The notes beneath the pieces were generated by a model that was not told where the DNA came from, made no database searches, and was given only the letters and a program-made list of their open reading frames with translations. Below, piece by piece: positions 58,686 through 64,000 of a stretch of 64,000 nt of DNA. The DNA is from Takakia lepidozioides (taxonomy: Eukaryota > Plantae > Bryophyta), in contig CM060731.1 of assembly GCA_030704615.1 (NCBI GenBank), forward strand, positions 80,352,001 through 80,416,000, given 5' to 3'. The translations under genes and the position numbers were made by a program. The number at the start of each line of letters is the position of its first letter. Within the stretch, counting starts at the first letter, position 1.

Positions 58686-59334
58686 TTGGTTGAGCACATT
58701 GTTTTTTTACGACGACAAACCACATTTTGGGTACCTTATGGCCGCAAGTCGGGACTTTGGGCATTCTTTGTGACCAACAATGGGGAAATGGTCACCGTGG
58801 ACACACCCCAAGTTCTTAGGTGTCTTCTTTGCCATGATACCCCTTGTAGCCCAAACTTGTTATTGCAGAAAACTAAAGAAAAAAAAAAACTTGATAACAT
58901 ATAACAAGGGACAAGGTACTGCCACGTTGAAGAAACATGGTGAAAGCGAACATCATGAAATAACAACTAGATATTATAGTGAACTTGTAGCCGAGGCCTC
59001 TGATCACCCTCATCGGCTAATGAACGAGAGTCATCCAAGAAGCGTACAAGAGTTACCCCTGGAACCATCTCATCTTTTTTTGAGAATAATGTATCTTACA
59101 ACAAAAATGATGCGAGTCAAAAAAAACTTTTTGGAGGACCTCGTGTTGTTGTGTGTGAAGAGTCATTTTCCATTGAGCATTGTAGAGAATGTTCGGATGA
59201 GGAGATTCGCGTTGAAGTTGGACCCATGTGTGGTTTTCCCATTCCGTAGACGATTGATTGACGAAGTGTTTCCGGACATGTTCAAGAGTTGTATGAAAAC
59301 TCATTTTTGCTCTTATAATCAATTTTCTCACTAA
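58686..59334 (+). pseudogene. hAT transposase N-terminal fragment with a BED-type zinc finger
   Basis: LWAFF...LRCLLC...GTATLKKHGESEH, then FLEDLVLLCVKSHFPLSIVENV..RRF...DP.VVFP.RRRL. Frameshift in an A-run at about 58880. Truncated next to the LTR. Confidence 0.8.
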
Positions 59335-59422
59335 GAATTGGGAGCCCAGACATATTATAGTGGGTTTATTTGAGGCTATCGATACAACAGGGGCCAGTAT
59401 AGCAATCCAGCTTCGTTCTTTG

Positions 59423-60993
59423 TGTCGCGCACCTCACTTCGGTAACCTCCCCTTCAAGTCATAGTTACTCACTTGATGCGCGCGCCTAACTCCCAAAGTG
59501 GCCGCCGGGCCAACTCGGAGCTTCGGTTGCTCACCGGGACATAACGGTCCCCCTTTGCTCCTCCAAAAGACCCTCCATCAATTTGGGCCTAGTGGAAATT
59601 CCCTTTGGTAGATGGCAGTCCGGAATAGCTCCCCACTCCTTGGTCGCTTTCCGGCTCGCTCGTTCACTCACTAGTTTTTGGTCACCAACGGGCTTGCACC
59701 GTTCTCGGGGTTACTACTCCCTATATATACTTCTGTGACTGTCCGCGGGGGTTTCACAAACAACACCATCCTTTTATGGTGAACCACCACGAAGACCCTC
59801 GACTCCCGGTGATGAGTCGCGGTGAGTCTTGGCCCACCCACCACGGCCCCATTGGACCGTGATGAGTCCCAAGACTCCCCACGACTCCCACCACAAGGTC
59901 CCGCCCCATGGTGAGTCTTATGTCACCCCCACTAAGACCCACTAAACTACCACCACCCCTCGTGGAACCACCCCCACCGCAACCCGGTGTGCGGGGCTCC
60001 ACCTAGTAAGCACCTCCGCCTCCTTGAGTGCTTTGGGCACTCAAGGGTGCTTCAGCCCCCGCATCTATTGTTGCCACTGCCCCACCATAGGGGCAGCCCT
60101 TCTTGTGTCCCGACCCCCTGCCCTCAAGGCAAAGGGCCGCGACACACACCCCTACCATCAGGGAGTCGATGTCATCATCGACTTGTCCATTTTGTAGAAA
60201 CGAACATCCAAGTTGTGGCGTCCCACATCAAAGAGTTTGTTTCCGCACCATGGCGTCCCATGGCAAAGAACCAAACCCCACACTTGACTCTACTCTCCAC
60301 TAGCTAGTTCGGCCGACTTCCTCCAAGTCCCGGCCAAGGGTGGAGCCTCAAGCTCCTCCCAGTGCACTCTTCTTGGCCCACTTCAAGGCCAAGGAACGAT
60401 CATCCTCAGGACAACATTGCTTGCATCGCTCATGATGCCGCTTTTGGCATCACCTTGAGCAAGGGTTCACCTTGAACCTTTTTTTGACTAGGAAGATAAC
60501 CTTGAACCAACCGTGCGCCCCAATCACTACAATTGGGTCCACCCTGGAATGTTGACCTGAGGTACGGGAACACGCCGAAGCCGCACTACAACTTCGTCCC
60601 AAGGCTACACAATTATAGTACGTGAACGGAAGCACGTAGCTTTCGCGTTAGCCCGCACTACAAGGCAACCCCCTCGGTAGCGCAGTTATAGTATGCGCAC
60701 GCGCCAGGTGCGCACTAGCACGTGAACTCCCAAAGAAGGCGCAAGTTTCCTTGCCCCTTGGATGGGAGTCACCCGATTTCGGCACTACGCAAACACACGA
60801 TTAATCCAATTTACCACTCCCACTTTTGTAAGCTAGCATGCATCCTATACACTAGCCAACCATACCATGCATCACCATTCCAAACAAAATAGGAAACACG
60901 ACATTTGGAAACCATTTCATTTATAACAAAATTTGTACAACACAAGTTTTTGCAATCGGATTTCTGAGCTAGCTAAGCCGGGCTAAGCATGCA
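59423..60993 (-). repeat. 3' LTR (about 1.57 kb) of the chromovirus
   Basis: On the minus strand the polypurine tract GTGGGGGAGGAAA (61006-60994) is followed by TG. The left boundary at TGTCGCGC (59423) is inferred. A TATA-like motif lies at about 59722. Confidence 0.65.
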
Positions 60994-63923
60994 TTTCCTC
61001 CCCCACGATCCAAGGTTGATGTCCCCATCAACGCTTCTTCCGCTTTTGAGGTCGTTATTCGAAAGTTGCAACCGCCTCAGATGCGTTTCCCATTTCTGAA
61101 GCACGCACTCCTCCACATGATAATAGCCCTTCCATTTCACGAGATACTCCGTTTCTCGATTCTTGAACCTCCTCGACTTAAGTACTGCCTCCACCTCGTA
61201 CTCAGGTTCATTTTCATGATCCAACAGTACAGGTGGCAGACGCAACACTTGATGCCGATTCAGACGCGCTTCATCTTTGAAGTAAGGCTTCAAAAGAGAG
61301 ACGTGGAATACCGGATGCACCTTGCTGTTTGCCGGCAGCTCGAATTCATACACATCCTCATTCATAACCTTCCGGATGCGAAAGGGTCCCGCATACGGAG
61401 GTACGAACTTTGGACTCACTTCCGGAGGTAGTCGGGAAATCTTGATGTTCAACCAGACCTCCGTGCCTGCCTCAAACTTAACTTCCCTCCGCTTCCAATT
61501 TGCCTACCGTTCATACCGTTTCCTAGCTTTGGCAATGTTGTACTTTGTGAGCTTCAACAAACGCTTGCGTTCTTCCAGCACCGCTGCTGCTGCCGGTTCC
61601 TCAACGTCTTGGGCGACCCAACTTGTCGGCACCAGAGGTGCTTTTCCATAGACCAATACGAAAGGGGAAACTCCCGTTGCGGAGTGTTTTGTGTTATTAT
61701 AACAGAACTCTGCCGCGTCCAAGTGCTCCACCCAGTCCGATTGGTCTGCCGCCACGTAATTTCGCAAGATCTGCTTCACCACGGAATTCAACCTTTCTGT
61801 TTGGCCGTTTGTCGTAGGTCGAAAGGCGATGCTCATCTTGAGCCTCGTCCCCATTTTCTTCCAGAGTGCCCTCCAAAATTTACTTGTAAACTTTGGATCG
61901 TGATCCGAGACAATATCCTTCGGGAGTCCATGATGCTTGAAGTTGTGGGCGAAGTGAAGTCGCCCCGTCTCCTGTGCCGTTGCCGTCTCCTTGGTAGGAA
62001 TGGAATGGCCCATTTTACTGAACCTATCCACCACCACCATGATTGCATCGAATCCTTTTGACAGCGGCATAGCAGTCATGAAATCCATCGAGACACTTTC
62101 CCAAGACCCCTCTGGAATCGGCAAGGGTTGTAACAACCCCGTTTGCTTTTTGTACTCGCTCCGGTTTTGTTGGCATGCGGTGCATGTCTTGACATACTCC
62201 TCGGCCTCCTCCCTCAGTTTGGGCCAGAAATACTCTTTCTTCAGGAGTGCCACGGTGCGCTTGGCTCCGCCGTGGCCCGCAAGCGAGCCATCATGCATTC
62301 TCTCAAGAGACTATCTCTGATCCCTCCCTTCGGCACATAGAGACGCTTTTGCTTGTACTAGAGCAGTCCATTTTGCAAGTGGAACTGCGATTTAACCCCC
62401 ATCCTCAAGTCCCGCATCACGGACTTCGTCATCTCATCCTTCCGGTAAGCCTTCCGGAATTTTCCTTTGGAGCGCCGTCTCGCCCCTGTACACCAACATG
62501 AGCTGTTGCTTTCTACTAAAGGCATCGGCCACCACATTGTCCCGTCCCGGTTTGTACTGGATATCCACGTCACACACCGCCAAAGTGTCTTGCCACCTAA
62601 GTTGTTTTGGGGACAACTTAGGCTGCGTGGCAAAATACTTCACCGTGACATTGTCCGTGAATACCTTCACCGGGTTGGAATCAACATAATGGCGCCAAAG
62701 CTCAAGGCAATGCACCACCGCCTTCATATTTTTCTCGTGTGTTGGCCAGCGTCGCTCAACTTCATTCAGTTTCTTACTTTCGTAAGCCACTGGACGCCCA
62801 TTTTGCATAAGTACACCCCTAATCGCGAAGTCCGACGCATCTGTATGAATCTCAAACGGACGGTCGAACTCCGGGATTTTCAAGACTGGAGCTTCCGCCA
62901 TCTGCTGCTTCAACTCGGCAAAGGCTTGGCCACAAAAGGTGTTCCATACCCATACCTTGGATTTACACAAAAGGTTTGACAGCGGCCCCGCGATCTTGGC
63001 AAAATTTCTCACATACTTTCGGTAATAGGAGGCGAATCCTAGGAAGGATCGCACTCCGAGGACCAAAGTCGGAGGCTCCCAGTCCAAGATCGCCCTCACC
63101 TTTCTGTCATCCATTTTGATCTCATCCTGTGTAATCACATGCCCTAGGAACTCCACTTTTGTGACCCCGAATTCGCACTTTGATTGGCATACAGCTTCTC
63201 TTCCCGCAATTTCTGGAACACCCTTTTGAGGTGCTCCAGGTGCTCTTCCTTTGTTTTCGAGTACACCAAGATGTCGTCGATGTACACGATCACAAAGTCA
63301 TCCAGCCACTCCTGGAAAAGGCTGTTCATAAGCGTGCTAAAGGTCGCGGGTGCGTTGGTGAGCCCAAAAGGCATCACCAAGAACTCATACGAACCATATC
63401 TTGTCATGCACGCGGTCTTCTCCTCATCTCCTTCCGCCACTTGGATTTGATGGTAGCCCGAGCGCAAATCGATCCGGCTAAAATACTTCGGTCCTGCCAA
63501 CCGATCGAAGAGGTCGTCGATCATTGGCAAAGGGTACCGGTTCTTGATAGTCACCTTATTCAGAGCCCTGTAATCGACACACATCCGCAGCGTCCCATCC
63601 TTCTTGTCTACGAATAGCACTGGGGCTCTGTAAGGTGACTTACTCGGCCGGATGTACCCCTTTGACATTAGTTGGTCGAGCTGAGTCTTCAGCTCGACCA
63701 ACTCTATGTGGCTCAACCGGTAGGGCGCCTTGGCCCGGTATCACCTCAATCTTGTGGTCAACTCCTCTTCGCGGCATCACATCCTGGTATTTCTCCAAAA
63801 TCCCCTTGATCCAATCTGGGCTCGGCTCCCTATCGCCTTCTCCCTTCACTTATCTTACGTAAAGCAAAAACTAGGGCTCGTGTGGCTTCTCCACAGCCCA
63901 CTCCTTTGCTGTCAACAGGTTTA
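60994..63923 (-). mobile_element. Ty3/gypsy chromovirus pol (RT, RNase H, integrase, chromodomain), frameshifted
   Basis: RT ([14 protein letters not shown]), RNase H (TDASDFA), integrase (HHCC, SMDF, GPF, HPVFHVSLLK) and chromodomain EYEVEAVL...EYLVKWKGY. Confidence 0.95.
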
Positions 63924-64000
63924 CACTACAGGAAAAGGGGGGCCTTTGCGACGCCCGAGCCACGCCGCAACGTCGGGAAAATGCCCTTTTTGGGCAGGGG
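63924..64000. mobile_element. CACTA element terminus interrupting the chromovirus
   Basis: CACTACAGGAAAAGGGGGG followed by GCGACG repeats. Same TIR as the end at 8631-8648. Confidence 0.85.

Noticed and set aside
61066-63617. Plus-strand ORFs antisense to chromovirus pol (likewise those opposite the L1, WIP and RLK exons)
   Set aside because: Shadow ORFs of real coding sequence on the other strand.

Overview
Eukaryotic DNA from a land plant. A non-seed plant (bryophyte or lycophyte) is my inference from the transposable element (TE) repertoire. A gene island at about 21.9-41 kb sits between two dense fields of nested TE remnants. Intact genes: an 18-exon LRR receptor-like kinase (+, 21904-30312, 700 aa when spliced by hand) and two tandem WIP-type C2H2 zinc-finger genes (-, 32631-33702 and 37474-38620), with traces of a third copy near 40.2-40.9 kb. 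Pseudogene fragments: a kinesin-7, a TAF4-type RST domain and a trihelix/Myb domain. TEs: RTEX-like and L1 LINEs, a tRNA-derived SINE, two Ty3/gypsy elements (one with a dUTPase-like domain, one chromovirus), CACTA ends, two hAT remnants, a Tourist MITE, fold-back elements, a Helitron-like tandem repeat, and a cluster of TTAA-flanked piggyBac-like non-autonomous ends. The most unusual non-coding structures are an array of about 11 30-bp palindromes inserted in a hAT transposase (54.1-54.7 kb) and a triplicated TGTCGG-containing module upstream of the WIP copies. No prokaryotic system or true CRISPR array is present. All family assignments come from recognising motifs by eye, not from database searches.
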